Assembly (NCBI GenBank): GCA_951804945.1
Contig: OX638154.1
Location: forward strand, 53,382,001-53,446,000
From: Podarcis cretensis
Taxonomy: Eukaryota
Direction of reading: 5' to 3'
Length of the DNA: 64,000 nt
The position numbers were made by a program, and so were the translations under genes. Position 1 is the first letter of the stretch. Each line of letters begins with the position of its first letter. Below are positions 11,635 to 26,209 of this stretch, one piece after another. The notes below the pieces were generated by a model, which did no database searches, was not told where the DNA came from, and saw nothing but the letters and a program-made list of their open reading frames with translations.

Positions 11635-14600
11635 CTGCCCAGGAAAGGAAAGGCTGATGTTAGTGTATTGGATATGGAAGGGAAGAAGGCAACAACACAA
11701 GTGCAGTTGGCATGGAGTCCTTGTGACAGCAACTTTCAAACCATAAAGCAGCAAATTCAGTAAGAAGAATCCGAAGTACAAAGAGAGTGAATTATGTTGC
11801 CCTAAGGTACTAAAGAGGAGACTTCAACCACTGTACATCTGTCAGGGATGCTTTAGCTGAGATTCCTGCATTACAGGGGGTTGCACTATCTGTTTTAACT
11901 CCTGGGACCTGGAAATAGAAGCTAGACTCCTATTACCCTATTATACATTACTACAGCCACATTGCAGCCCAATTGCACTCCAAGGTGCTATGGTCTGTCT
12001 TTCCCAGAGATCCTAGGAATTTTGTCTCACAGAGACATGCCCACCCCAGTCCAATGCCTACTGACATACTAGCATAAGAACAGAAACAAACATTCCTGGT
12101 TCTCTTCTTGCCTTGCCTCCCAACTCATTTGGGGACACTATCTTTACACTCGAACTAGAATCCAGCTGCCTTTGAACGCTGAGACCACTCTCTCCACCCA
12201 GAGAAACCAGAATTCTGGCTTCCCCGGCTCTTGATGGGCACTTACGGTGATTTTGGGGAAGCTGGGGCTTTTGCTGGCCTTGACCAAGATATGCGATTGC
12301 GCTGGGGGGATGATGTAGGTGCTGCGGTCATCTTCACCCGTGTCTGATGCTCCTGTGCTCTCTGAATAGTACTCGGAGTCTGAGGAGTCACCAAAGGCTC
12401 CACCGTGCCGCTGTACGTAGAAGCTGTGGTGGCTGATGGGTGGGGGGACGGGGGACGGTGTCGGCAGGCGGCTACCGTTATCTGCTGGTGTGACCTATAT
12501 GACAAAAAGCAGAATGCACACTGAGAAAACAGGGTGTCAAATAAAGGGTCTTTGTGCATGATCCCTGAGAGGCACAGGCTTTCCATTCATTGTAGTGAAT
12601 CCTGAAATCTATTGATAGCAGGTGAAAGCCAAGACCTACGTTCTACCTCAATCTGGCAGTGGCTTCTGACAGTGAGATATAGGACCCCTTCTGCTTTTCT
12701 CTATGGTTCTTCACTAGAGCGACCTGATAAGAAACAGAACGTTTTCTTACCTCTGCAGGTGGTCCAATGATAGACAGCAGGACAGGCAGCAGCACCAAGC
12801 CATTGAGCAGTCCCAGAATGGTCAGGATGGTGAGCACAGCAAAGAAATACCTTTGGGGGGGGAGGTCAAGGTGGTCAGTAATGGTCAGATTTGTCATTTG
12901 CGCAAATCATCTGCGTACAATAGAACTTTAGGATGAGAATCAGTTACTGCTCTGTATATTTTTCTTTCCCATCCCAGGAAGCTGAGACGCAGCACAGTTC
13001 TGCTGCCTTTGTGAAGAGGGAGGGTTACTTATTTACACAGGTGGCAGTAAAGCATCTCAGCCTCTTATCAGAGCAACCAAGTACAGAGTTAGTTCACCAG
13101 CACACATTCATTTACATTCTCTTGCACACTCATTACTGTTACACCCATGCACTGACAAGTGCTATCCCTCAGTCTCAGCTCAAGGTTGCTCCCTAAAGAA
13201 GATAAGAGTGTCCCTTCTCTGAGCCAGCAGACTTGTAGAGTTCACAAGCCTTAGCTGCCGTAAGGGAAAGTGCCAGAGAAGGCATAAATGTATGGTAGAA
13301 TGTCTTCCTCTCAACCTGTTGTAAGTTGTGGTCTTGAACAGGGAGATTTCTCCAACTTTGGCAGAATGTACCAGTGCCCCTCCAGGGCTGCCTTGAACCC
13401 TATTAGATTCTGCCTTTATATCCATTCTTGATCAGTGAGACCTTCAGACCTATTGCCCAATGTGGTGTTACCCAAATTCCCAACAGATGTCAAGAAAGAC
13501 AATTTCCCATTCTCTAGCCACTCCTTTTACTGATACCTCTGGAAATGGCCCCCAGCACATTGGTCCAGAGCAGCACCAGAACAGGTATACCAGGGGAAAA
13601 GAGAGACACATGACAATCACCTCAGAATGAAATCGAACTCTGAACCAGCTAGCATAAGGACGCCAAGCAACGTGGAGACAGCACCATCCATCACAGGGGC
13701 AAACATGTGCTCTAGGGCCACAGTAGTGCGCAGGTTCCGGTTGCCAATGGCCGTGAGAAAGCCCTGAGAAAAGACGAACAGTCAGAATGCGACTAAAGAG
13801 AGTGACTTGTCCAAGCAGACTGGGAGAAAGAACAAGAAGCTAAGCCCAAATCTGTTCTTGCGCACTGAGTCAGCTGGTATTGCCAGAGCTGGAACAGGCT
13901 CATCTCGAAATGACAGCTTGGACTCTGCTTTTCATACCATACACAGCTATATCATTATATTCAGCACTAATTAAAAGAACTGCCAACCCTTGGGTGCTGC
14001 ACCCACAATTATGGATTAAATTCTGCTCTGACCACCCAGACTACAACAGGGTAATATTAAGGGGGTAATGAACCCACAATTTATTGATTCTCCCTTATAG
14101 ACTCCACTACTGATCAGGTTTGATACAACAGATAAAAACCTAATAATCTAAATGTTCTGGTTGGGTGCCACTAAAGCTATTTGAATGTATATGGTTGTAA
14201 TACTACACACCAAGTTCTCTGGTGTGAAAAAGAGCTCTTGAAAACTCTGCAAGGGAGTTCAGGGACCCTATTCCTTTCAGTATGGACCCACAGAACTTCA
14301 AAAAGAGGAAGTCTCACTGAATCACATGCTCTAGACATGGTAGCAGAATGGGCTGTGCTCACACAATTGCTTCTTACCAGAGCCACATGTACGGTGAATT
14401 CCACACCAATTCCCACAGAGGCGATGAGGATGACTACTGGGATGGCACTCAGCTTGATGCCCATCAGGCCCATGATCCCAAAGAGCTCGACTGTCATCAT
14501 AGCTAGAACGAATACCTACATCAGAGAGAAGGGACAGCTCAGTATCTTACCTGCAAGCTATGGTTATGGACATGTCAATTACAGCAATGAACAAAGCCCA

Positions 14601-14785
14601 ATGTAGTGGTTAACAGGTAGATTAAGAATAGGTACCTACAAATCCATAAGCTCATATGTATGTAATTTCTGAATTCAGAACTAATTCAGAACATGTATAT
14701 ATCTCATTGTGGCACATGAATACCGGGTTATTAGTTAACAGTAATCACCCAACCACTAGTACCATGCCTGTTTGATACCTTGATT

Positions 14786-14824
<39 letters not shown>

Positions 14825-16643
14825 TGTTTGTTTGAGCGAGCTGCATTATACGCTTTTGTATGGTAAACAGTAGGGGTATGGGGCTGTGCACACACTAGCC
14901 CTAAAGGTGGATAAGGATGCAAATATAGTAGAGCACCTGCATGTTAGTGTGCAGGCTTAACCCTTTCAGCACTGTGGAAAGAAGCTTGAGGAGAGAAAAA
15001 GATATTTACTTTTTGCTGCAAAGGTAAAGCTGTACTTTACACTCTATCTGGTAGCAGATGTGCGTTTACCATTGCATCTGCATACAGTGGGAATTGGTGC
15101 TCATTCCCAGCTCCTTGGTGCGTACACCTGTACAATGCATACATGGTGTCTGTTGCGTGCAAACCTTAATACATTTATGGAAAATATGCGCATGTTCATG
15201 TTTTTTTAAAAAAGAATATGAGAAGGTACAAAAACATTCCAGACTTGCAACAAAACACTCAATTTATGCAGTCAGAATAAATTCTACAAACTACTGCAGC
15301 AAGGTTTTTTTTTAAAATGTATTACAGTACAGCTGCAAAAATTTGAGTTTGGGCAGAACCTGAATGGTTTAAAATGGTCTTTGGTATTGAAGGAAAACTT
15401 TTTAGGACACTATGTAAGGCAAGGGAGACGGAAAGGCAACTATGCAGAGATTACAGGAAGCATCGCACTAATTCTCCCCCACTCCTATTTCCAAATTTCC
15501 TGTCCTAAACACGAGAGCCAAAAAACTGATTTAACTAACAGTAACAGTGTTTGACAACCATTTCCCTTGTTCCACAATGCCATATTGCTACTACATATAA
15601 CGTTTGGAGCTAAAACATCTCCCTTACTGCTAGACACCCTGTTGCTCATGAAAAAGGATACTCACAATGATACTGGCGGTCCAAGGATTGAGGAGTAGCA
15701 GGGTGCACACTAGAAAAGTGCAGGCCAACACAATACTGATGGCCTGTAGAAGCCAGTGTCGAAGGCCAATGTACTGCTCCCAGAAGAGGAAAGGGTAGCC
15801 ACTAGGGTAGCTGAGAACACCATGCGTCAGGGCCACCTCGTCACAGATAGCACGCACGCTCTCGATGGCTGCCACGAAGTCTGATGTCTGCCGCAGTCCA
15901 TTGAGGTAGAAGGGGAACTGAGCAAACTCCAGAGGCTGTGCAGCAGGGACTGTCAGAAAGAGAGGCAGCCCATCAGATATAGTGGCCTTCTGCCCCCTAC
16001 TCCCATCTCTAGGGCCAAAAATGAATTGCTTCCTTTGCCCATGCGCCAGGCATGGCTTGCGAAGGTGGGAAACATACATCATAAGGATTTATACTGTGGA
16101 ATTGCCATAGAAGTGGGGATAGGACTGAGCTGAAACAGTAATGCATGCTGGAAAGTGGAACAAGAATGAGGCTGCTGCCTGAACTCACTTCGAAGGTTCT
16201 CGCCAGTGGCATCGTATTTGTCGTGGATCCATTCCGGGGGTGGTGGGTAAAAGTTGGCTTGAGATGCAGCAAAGCCAAGAGGGTCGTTGCTCACCCACAC
16301 TGTCAAACAGATGTAGAAGATGTCAGGAGGAATGATCCCATTCTCATCCACCAGGCGGCGAGTTGTCAGCTGTAGGCAGATGGAAGGGATGCAGGGCGGT
16401 TAAGAAGTATAGCAACTAATAGTAAGTAGTAGCAGCAGTCAGGATGCTACTAGACAGGTGCTATCATTTGGCAGGAAATAGGGCTGAGGCCCCTGCTTGG
16501 GCACCAGCTGGCTATTCCCAAAGCCATGTAGATCTCATGTGTTCCTCTATCTCCAAGGGACCCCAAATGCCTGTGGGAAAGCTTTCTCTTCTTTCCATTC
16601 TTTTGCAGTGGGGATCTATCTCCTCCTTCCCTCCTGGTACACC

Positions 16644-16684
<41 letters not shown>

Positions 16685-19600
16685 TCTTTATTGTCATTAC
16701 ACAAGTGCAACATTGCACAAGTGCAACGAAATTGGATGCCATCCCTTAAAAACAACAAAAGCAAAACAACAACAACAACCAAACAAACCACATTCCAGCC
16801 ACACCCACACCCACACCCATCAAACTCCCAGGTCACACTATCGAGTTACAGCATTTAAAAAGGCCACAGCTCTTGGATAGAAACTATTTTTCAGTCTATT
16901 TGTCCTTGACTTGATGTTTCTATATCTCCTGCCAGAAGGCAGTAGTGCAAACAGACTGTATCCCGGGTGAGATGCATCCTGCAGGATGTTGTTTGCTTTC
17001 CTAAGACAACGGGAACTGTACAGTTCTTCCAAAGATGGGAGAGGATGACCAATAATCCTTTGGGCTGTGGTTATGACCTTCTGGAGCACCTTCCTCTTCC
17101 TAGCTGTACAACTGGAGAACCAGGCACAAATACAGTATGTGAGAATGCTCTCTATGGAGCCTCGGTAGAAGGACACCAGCAGTCTCTCACTCAGATTGTT
17201 CTTCTTTAAAAGTCTGAGGAAATAAATTCTCTGCTGGGCCTTCTTCACCAGAGCAGTGGTATTTGCGCTCCAAGTCATGCCCTGATCGATAGTCACTCCC
17301 AAAAACCTGAATTCCGCCACCCTCTCCACCCGTTCCCCTTTGATATACAAGGGCTGAATGTCCGCCTTTTTTTTCCTGTAATCCACCACCAATTCCTTGG
17401 TCTTAGCCGTATTAAGAGCCAGATTGTTCTCTCCACACCAAACACAAAGCCGCTCCACCTCGTCCCGATAGGCGGACTCATCCCCTCCTGAAATGAGCCC
17501 CACCACCGTAGTGTCATCAGCAAACTTGATGATTTTGTTGCTGGGATAGATGGCTGTACAATCATACGTATAGAGAGTATAGAGCAGGGGACTCAACACA
17601 CAACCCTGTGGTGAGCCGGTGTTAAGGCTAAGGGCTGTGGACATATGTGACCCCACTCTAACCCTCTGAGAACGTTCTGACAAAAAATCCAAAACCCAGA
17701 GACAGGTGGAGTTGGAGAGTCCAATCGCCTCTAGCTTGGACACCAGTCTATGGGGGAGGATAGTGTTAAAAGCAGAGCTAAAATCCACAAACAGCAGCCT
17801 CACATAACTCCCCGGCTGCTCCAGATGGGACAGAGCAGCATGGAGAGTGATAGTGATAGCGTCTTCCGTGGATCTATTTGCCCTGTATGCAAACTGGTAG
17901 TTGTCAAAAGTTGATGGAAGACAGGAAATTATATGACGGCGCACCAGTTTCTCAAAACACTTCATGATGATTGGAGTCAGTGCAACTGGTCTGTAGTCGT
18001 TCAAACTACTGATTGTAGATTTTTTAGGCAGAGGAACAATAGTTGACGACTTCAGGCAGGGTGGGACAATAGACTGGTGTAAGGACTTGTTGAAGATCTT
18101 AGTAAAGACCTTCGCCAGCTGATCCGCACAGCCCTTCAACACCTTTCCCGTGATGCCATCAGGTCCAGCAGCCTTCCTCGGATTCACCATCCTCAATACC
18201 TGTCTCACCTCATGCTCCTCTACAGTGAATGAGGGGCCCCTATGGGCTGGTGGCTGTAATACCGGCGTCTCAGGTGGCTCCTTCTCGAAGCGAGCAAAGA
18301 AAAAGTTAAGCTCCTCCGCCAGCAAAGGGTCACCATCGACAGCACCAAGGTTAGGTTTGTAGTTGGTAATATGCTGAATCCCCTGCCACATCTGTCTTGT
18401 GTTGTTACTCCTTAAATTATCCTCAATCCTCTGCCTATAGACCAGTTTTGCCCGTCGAATACCCCTCTTCAAGTTTGCTCTTGCCACACTGTAAAGCTGC
18501 ACCTCGCCCGACCTGAAAGCCCTATTCCTTTCCCGCAACAGGCACTGGACCTCTCTATTCATCCAGGGTTTCTGATTGGGATAAAACCGGATGGATTTAT
18601 TTACTGTGACAGTGTCTGTGCAGTGATTGATATAGCACAGAACTGCCGCCGTGTGCTCCTCCAGGTCTGAACGATCGAAAATATCCCAATTGGTTCTCTC
18701 AAAACAGTCCTGCAGCTGGTGGATAGCGCCTTCAGGCCAGATTTTAACAGTCCTTGATATTGTGGAATTAAGGACTCACCCTTAATTCTTATGGCACACT
18801 GGGTTCTCTTTGCCTGCCCACTCCCAACTTTTAGATTGCTCCCCCACTTACTTGATTGAGGTTTAAGGGTTCTTTCTTGTTGCCTGTCTGGATGAGGAGC
18901 TTGTAAGCCAGGGCACCATCTTCTGATCCATTGCGGTAATTCTCCTTGGTGATATGCCCAGCTTCCCAGTCCCGGTCAAAGGCTGCCTGTAGACCTGCAG
19001 AACAGGGGGGTATACAGTTAAGGGAGTGCCATCTGTGGAACCCAAGGCCCAGAAGCAAGAGCTCCTCTCACTAGCTATGCCAATCCCTTCCCTTCTTTCA
19101 TTGCCTCCACCCCTTTGCTGTTTAACTCAGATCTCTCAGCCCCTGCAGCATATTTCGGTCCCTACTTTAGAGGAACAAGAACAGAGCTGGTAATCCTAGA
19201 AGGCAGAAGGGCAGCTATACAACTGTGCAGGTGAGCATCTCCACAAACATTTATATTTATTTATTTATTGAATTTATATAGAATTTATATACTGTCCCAT
19301 AGCCACGGGTTCCAGGGTGGTTCACAGAATATAATCAGAATATAAAAACTACAAAATACATAATCAAAATAAAAACAACAACTCTATAATCCCAACACAT
19401 TTTTAAAGGGTAAAGGATATCAATCAAATCAATTAAAAGCCTGGTTAAAAAGCAACGTTTTTGCCTGTTGCCTAAAGGTGTCAGGTGAACTTCCCTGGGG
19501 AGAGCATTCCACAGATGGGGAGCCACTGCAGAGAAGGCTGTAAACAGTGTTTGCCTAAATGGATGTGTGTATAAGACACGAAAACTGTGCGAGATGAAGA

Positions 19601-22600
19601 GCTTCTGGTTCCTTAGAAGCTAAAAATTATTTATCCTGAACATGGTTGTGAAACAGACATTGATGCTTTCCTTCCCTGCAAGCAGCTGTCCACTAACACC
19701 TCAACCAAACTCCCACACATCTTCTAGCCTTCAAGCAGGTTTGTACTAAAAGCATCCTGCACAGAGAGCTGGAGGAGGGCATCCCACCCCACTTCCTGGG
19801 GCAGAGGCAGTGCAGGACAGGAGAGAGGGTTGGCAAAGTGTCCTTGACTCACCTCGCAGCCAGTCCTGGAGGTAGTGCAGCCACATCTTTGGCAACTGGC
19901 GGTTCTCATCACGCACAACATACTGGATGGTGGTGAAGGCCTGGTGCAGGCTGTAGAGGGCCTCCTGTGAGCTGGGGTAGTCAAAGCCACCCTTTGTAAC
20001 CACAAACATGTTATAAAAGGAGAAGTATTTGAACTGAGCTGAAATGAAGGCGTGCTCCTTTGTGCCTCGTGGTAAAATATCCGTCAGGTAGAGTCCATCA
20101 TGCACCTTGGTTGTACCGTAGAGGCTCAGGCCCAGCAGTGCCAGGAACAGGACTACAACAATTCCCTGGAAATGCAGAAAGGAAAGAGTGAAGACGGATG
20201 CACTCCGACCCCAATCTCTTCTGCAGAAGCTAACTTTTCCCCTGTTGCTGTCAAGAGACTTGACTTAGCAAACATAGGGAGAATGAAAGAAAATCTGTGG
20301 ACAGTGGACACAGTGGACAGCCAGATGTTTATGAAAAGCAAACAACTGCTTGGGGGCTGGAACTGCAACCACTCAGCCCCACTTCCTAGTACCTACAGTA
20401 CGTGCAGGGTATGAATTGCCCCTAATGGAGTTTATATCAACATGTGCCATATTATGGGAGTATGGAGCATACTTGTAAGGCAAAAGAATCAATAATGACA
20501 GGTAGGGAGTTTTCCATGCAAGGGGACACATAACACACACATATATTAACCTTGAGAACATAGTTCTTTGACTCTGTACCTGGACCTCTCTCTCTCTGAA
20601 GGTAAACACACACACAATATCTTAGATTATCTAGATTATCTGTGACTGACACAGCCACTTCATCTGGAATTACCCAAGGAAGATGCAGAGCCTTCATACC
20701 TAACTTCCTAGATGTGTAAAAATAGACTAGGAAAGATGTACAGCTCTTGTCTTTGAATGACTACAAGGGACATGCAATCTTTGCCCCTGGTAGGCAGGGC
20801 ACAAGGGAAAGCAACACCATGTCCTCATATAGGATGACATGCACAATGGCTACATTTCAGATTGCTTCTCTCATCTCCGAGAAGAACAGGGAGCTTTAGT
20901 TCTCCATTGGCTGTAGTGCTGGCATCACAGACTTGTTACCCAGGATGCTGTACTCCCCCCCCCTTTCTTTCAACATAGGACAGAATGCCACCCACAAAGA
21001 AAGCAATTCTCAGCTGCCTACCTTGGTCTGGCTCTGCAGCAGGATAGGTGCATATTTGTCGCGAGCAAAGCTAGAGAAGTTCCAATGACAAAGGGGCAAC
21101 GGCACACACTCCTGGGCGCTTTTGTTCTCATCCAGCTGTGCCAGAAGATCACGGGTGGAGCTGGCAGGGGTGAAGACTTGCGACCCCAAAGGGTTGGCAG
21201 GCAGGAGAGTGGAAGGGGTGGTATACACATGCTGGGTGGGTGGTAAGATGGTGACCACATGACGCCCGGAGGGATCGCACTGGGTGAAGGCCTGAACCGT
21301 AGTGGTGATGCGTGTGCTGGTGGTCAGTGCTGGATGTCCATGTGGGAAAGCAGGTGCTGTGGAGTTGTCATTTGCATCCGTGTATTCCTGTGGCTGAATC
21401 TGGATGACATGGGAGGAGCAGAGGCTGTGGGGAGAAGAAGACACTGAGAAAATGCTGGGCAACACACAGTCCCCTAGCTAGCCAGGCATCCTAACTCACA
21501 CCCAGCATCTGGATATAACTATCACAAAAAGTTCCACTTCTCTTGGTAAGCACATAGAGATACCCTTCACAATGTCTTTAAAGGGGCTTTTCAGAGTATG
21601 CTGATTTTATGTGCAGTTTGATGTGCATTTTGACTTGTTCTTATAGACAAACTTTTACCATAATAAAGAAATGTGTTTTTCAAAATGTTGTTGAGAGCGC
21701 TACCATCTGTGCAGCTGGCTTTGTTCTCTTGCTCTTTTCCTTACAGCTGCATTTGATCCTCTCTTCTTGGGCTTAATGACTTTTCCAAACCACTGCCCCC
21801 AATTGCAGCATGCGTCTCCTCTCCTGGGAGATCTGATGGAGTCCAGCCTAGCCAGGGAGAGCGCAGTACTGCCCCAAAGGAGAAGGGACTCTTGGGGGGA
21901 GGAACTGTCTCTCCACCGCCAGCAGCTACACATATTTACTTACGGACAAACAAACACTCTTAAGACAGTACCTGTAGAAACAGCACAGAATATCAAGCCT
22001 CTTGTTTTCACGCCGGTGAAGGTCCAGACTCAGGATGGCAGGAAAAATGAAAAGCACCATGGCAAAGTTGAACACTACCACGACAGCAGCCTGCAAGGAG
22101 ATGAAGGAGAGAGAACAATTAAACATGCTGAAGATCCTGTGCCAGGTCACCCTCTGTATAAAGAGGGGCATCTATCCTTCAAGGGGAGGGATCACCCAGC
22201 TTTCCAGCCAAGGCCATGGAAACTGGGGGCACAGCTACCTCCAGAGTGGAAGTGAAGGCTTGCCTTCAGTGAGATTCTAAGAAAAAGCAAATGTGCATAA
22301 GCACAGTTTGCTGACAAACCTGCAGGGAGGAGCTCCTAGCAGAGGGGCTTACCTGCAGAGAGAAGGCACGCAGTGCTGGGATGGGCACAAGAGCAGCCAT
22401 GAAGAAAGCAATCATATTATTGACAGAGGTGAGTGCCACACTGGTGCCACTGCGGCGCAGGCATTCCCCAGTCCGCTCCTGCATTGAAAAGGTGCAAATG
22501 AGGAACCGTGAGAATAGAATTGAGGACGGGTTGAGCGTGCACTGGCAATGCATAGGGACTCAAAGGCTTGTGCCTTCTTACCTTGACAGGGACGTGCTGG

Positions 22601-25600
22601 CTGGTCTCTGTGAAGGCGTGTGCCAGCAAAAACATGTCATCCACACCAATGCCCAGTGCCAGAAAGGGCAGCACCTACACAGATATGGAGAAAAGCACAA
22701 TGGGAGGATTAGAGGAGCACATCCAGGACTTGCTCAAATCCCACAAAAGTAGGAACAGGTCTCAGGCTGCAAACTGTGACTGGAAAGTACCACAAATTCT
22801 TCCTTTTGCTGTTATACTCAGGCTCTAAATGATTCTCATGTTAACCAAAGTCAGGTTGGTTGGTGACTCTGGCGGGCTTTTGCTTTCTGCTAACATATAT
22901 TTGAGTCACCTGCACCTGGTTTATTAGGCTCCTTCCTTGCCTTGCAGGCACCTGAGCTGAGGCTTTCTTTGTGGCATACTCCTAGTCTGTACCTGCCTCG
23001 GTACAAATAGACAGTTGTTCTTTTTTAAAAACTCAGCTGCTAGGGAATATACAGTATCGTATATTCCTCTGGAACTTCTGAACAAGAAACAGCATGTAGG
23101 CAGCTAGAGTGATCTGATTGCTGAAGGCAGCACAATGGTCACTGGAACATCAGGAACAGTCAAGTGCTCTCTACAACACAGCACCTTCTAATGCCAAGCA
23201 GGGATAGAGAGGCAGAACATAACCTCAGCATTGCATAACCTAAGAAATTGATAGGGTAGACAGTTCTCCCGCTTGCTGAGCAAAGAGGAGGGGAAATTGA
23301 TGGAGAACAAAGGGAGGTCATTAGGGAAGGCAGACCTCTCCAAAATGTGGCCTACCTGGGTCGTGGCTGCATTGAATGAGATTCCTAGCAGAGAACACAG
23401 TCCAAGTCCTGCTGCCACGGAAAGGGCAACCAGAAGAACCCCAGCCAGGCCCACAGCACCCTGTGATTTGGAACAGTCCCAACGCAGCATGGTGACACAG
23501 GCATACGCCAGCTGCAAGTGGAGGAGAATGAGATGGCAATTAATGAGAAGAAAGGCAAGGATGGAAAAGCTATGCTTTAGTACACAATGGAAGATAAAGG
23601 AATAGGAGGGAGGAAGGAGAGGGAAGAAGCTGCTACACACCATCAGCAGGTACCCGCCAGCCACACGGATGGCGCTCACATCTGAGAAGGATTTCATGAT
23701 GTCATCGAGCGTGGTGGTGGAGAAGGCATGAATAGTCTGGGAGGAATTCGCAGGGAGGGATTCCTGGGCCAACTGCAAAGAAGCAAGACTCATGAGATAC
23801 TGGGAGGAGAAGAGTCATCTCAGTGGCTGGGATGCTTCTCACATACATAAATGCATCCACAGGATCCATCTACATGCCAGGCATAGGCATGAAGGCTCAT
23901 TGGCATGAAGGAGCCTATATGCTGCTATACATGTCATGTAGTAATACCAAGCAAGACAGAAAACTGTACAGGGTCCATACACTCAATTCAAGAACAACTG
24001 GCTATGTTTTCACCCTATAAACTGTTTTTCATGCCATTCTACATGCTCACAAGCATTCATGGTGGCACCCAACCTTTTCACACCGGCAGATGCATATTTG
24101 CATGCAGCCCTACATAATATTCTGCTCCTCACTGACAGACCTGCATGCAGTTTTGCACGTCATCTTCCTAGCATCTTCCCTTCCACGCACACACTTTTCC
24201 AGCCTTTTGTAGACGCATTTGTGTCTTCACCCTTGCACACACCTGCATCAAACAGCCCTGGAGTTCCCACACAGATGCCACAAACCAACCTGTCCATCTC
24301 ACCTCAACAAACTCCCGCTGCCAGGCCTCCAGCACAGCAGCTGCCTTCTCCTCACTCCAGCTGATGTCGTGTATCTCATAGTCATCCCGGTAGTGTTCAA
24401 AGAGCTGTCGTGGGCTCATCAACAGGAACATGCTTTGTAGGGCTTCGGCTCTGCAGGAAACAGAAGCTGGATGAGAGACAACCCTTCTACTCACAGTCAA
24501 GGAGGCAGCACTCCTTTCAGCTCTGGAACTAGAGCCTTTAGGCCCCATTGCTCCCCCACTGCCCAGGCTCAAGGCAGAAACCAAAAACCTGCTTTCTGCT
24601 TTCTTTATCTTACAGTCAGCCCTCATTCTGTGCACAGTTCTTTCACAAGCCTACTTATGGGGCTTTTTCAACTGAAGCAGGTGGCTAGCCACCCCTATCA
24701 AAAAGGTATGCAAAAGGTATGCATGCCATGTCGATCAGCTGCCATGGAAAGTAAGTCACTGACTAACGTTCCACACAAAACTTGAGAAAAACCAATAGGC
24801 TTTCCCAGCAGACCTGTGATTGTAGCAGATGATTTGCATAGAAAGTTCACCATGTATACATCCCAATCTATACACAACAAAAAAGCCTGCATGTATTGTG
24901 TTCTAGAAATGCATGAAAAGAGCTGGAAATGGCTGCAGATGCACCTCCCTGTAATATCAGAAGCACATCTCTTCCTTCTGCCTGAGCCTTCCAGCTTTAA
25001 AAGGTGAGGATCTTTTCTCCCATTTTCTGGCTGCTTCCCATATTCTGACTGCTTCCTTGCATGGGATTTTAAAACCAAAGCAAGGCGATGTATAGCAGCA
25101 ATAACCCTTGTCCCCAATCTATTGCCCATTCCTTAGCCATTTTTGCAGCTCTTTGCCTTGTGAGATATGGAAGGGTTCAGAGACACAAGAATTCCCCTCT
25201 GAAGAACAATGGTTTTTAAAAGCTGACACCAATTATGACACTGCCCCCACCAGCATGCGGAACGTGCCCCACCATGCCAAAACAGAAGGTATGGCAACCT
25301 GTAGAACAGATAACTGCAGGTGCCAGCACAGTGCAGACTTGTGTGGAATCAACTTCCCAATGTGCATTTCAGCCCCTTTCTAGGATCAGGGCTGCGGATT
25401 GCTGCAAGCAGGTGTCTGTGCTGTGTCTTCCAGCATCCACGGCAGCTGGAAGGAATTGGGGTGGGGGGAGGTGGCTTCGGGAGGCAAGGGGTGATGGCAG
25501 CCAGAGCTTCAGGGATCAACATAAATCCCATGGCTTAGGAATGCCCAAGCCAGTTGCTCCTAGGGTCAGGTCGCGGACATGCACCCACGAGAATATGAAC

Positions 25601-26168
25601 CTCAGTGGCATCAAGTTACAAGCTGGCTCAGGAGGCAGTTTACTACCACCCCCAACTGTGAAAGGGGTAGCAGCGAGAGTCCAAGCAGTTCCCAGGAGCC
25701 ACACTGTCCTCTCCCCTCACCATTCAAACACAACATTTATGACTTTGTCCATCCTTTTTAATTGGCCCTGCTTGCAGGGAAAAGCCATCTGCTCTGCATA
25801 AAGAATTCCTTAGCTACTGAGTTATTCCTGGCCAAAGACCTCTGACTTGACAGGCACACACACCACCCAAACACACACTTACCCCTGCAGTTTGCCCTGG
25901 GAATCCTTCACAGTGCCACCCAGGATCAGTTCCTCTTCCCAGTGCATGTATTTTCGTGAGAAGCCATGGCAGCCACCTGTGAGCTCTGAGGGGATGTCTG
26001 GTTCCTGGTGGAGACAACAAGAATGGAATGTAAAATAGCAGCATAAACTCCAGACATAAGCACAGGTATTTTAGATGCATATTAAGGACACCACTATAGC
26101 CCCATCTCCTGCTTTTCATGGAGGAAGAAGTATCTTTGCACACTTCTGACTTGTGCACTGTGTACATT

Positions 26169-26209
<41 letters not shown>

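Noticed and set aside
12851-12865. AAG acceptor of exon 21 as a splice defect
   Set aside because: AAG acceptors are uncommon but valid; exon size (100 nt) and frame fit.
16620-18810. Target-site duplication for the Rex1 insertion
   Set aside because: No convincing direct repeat found on both flanks.
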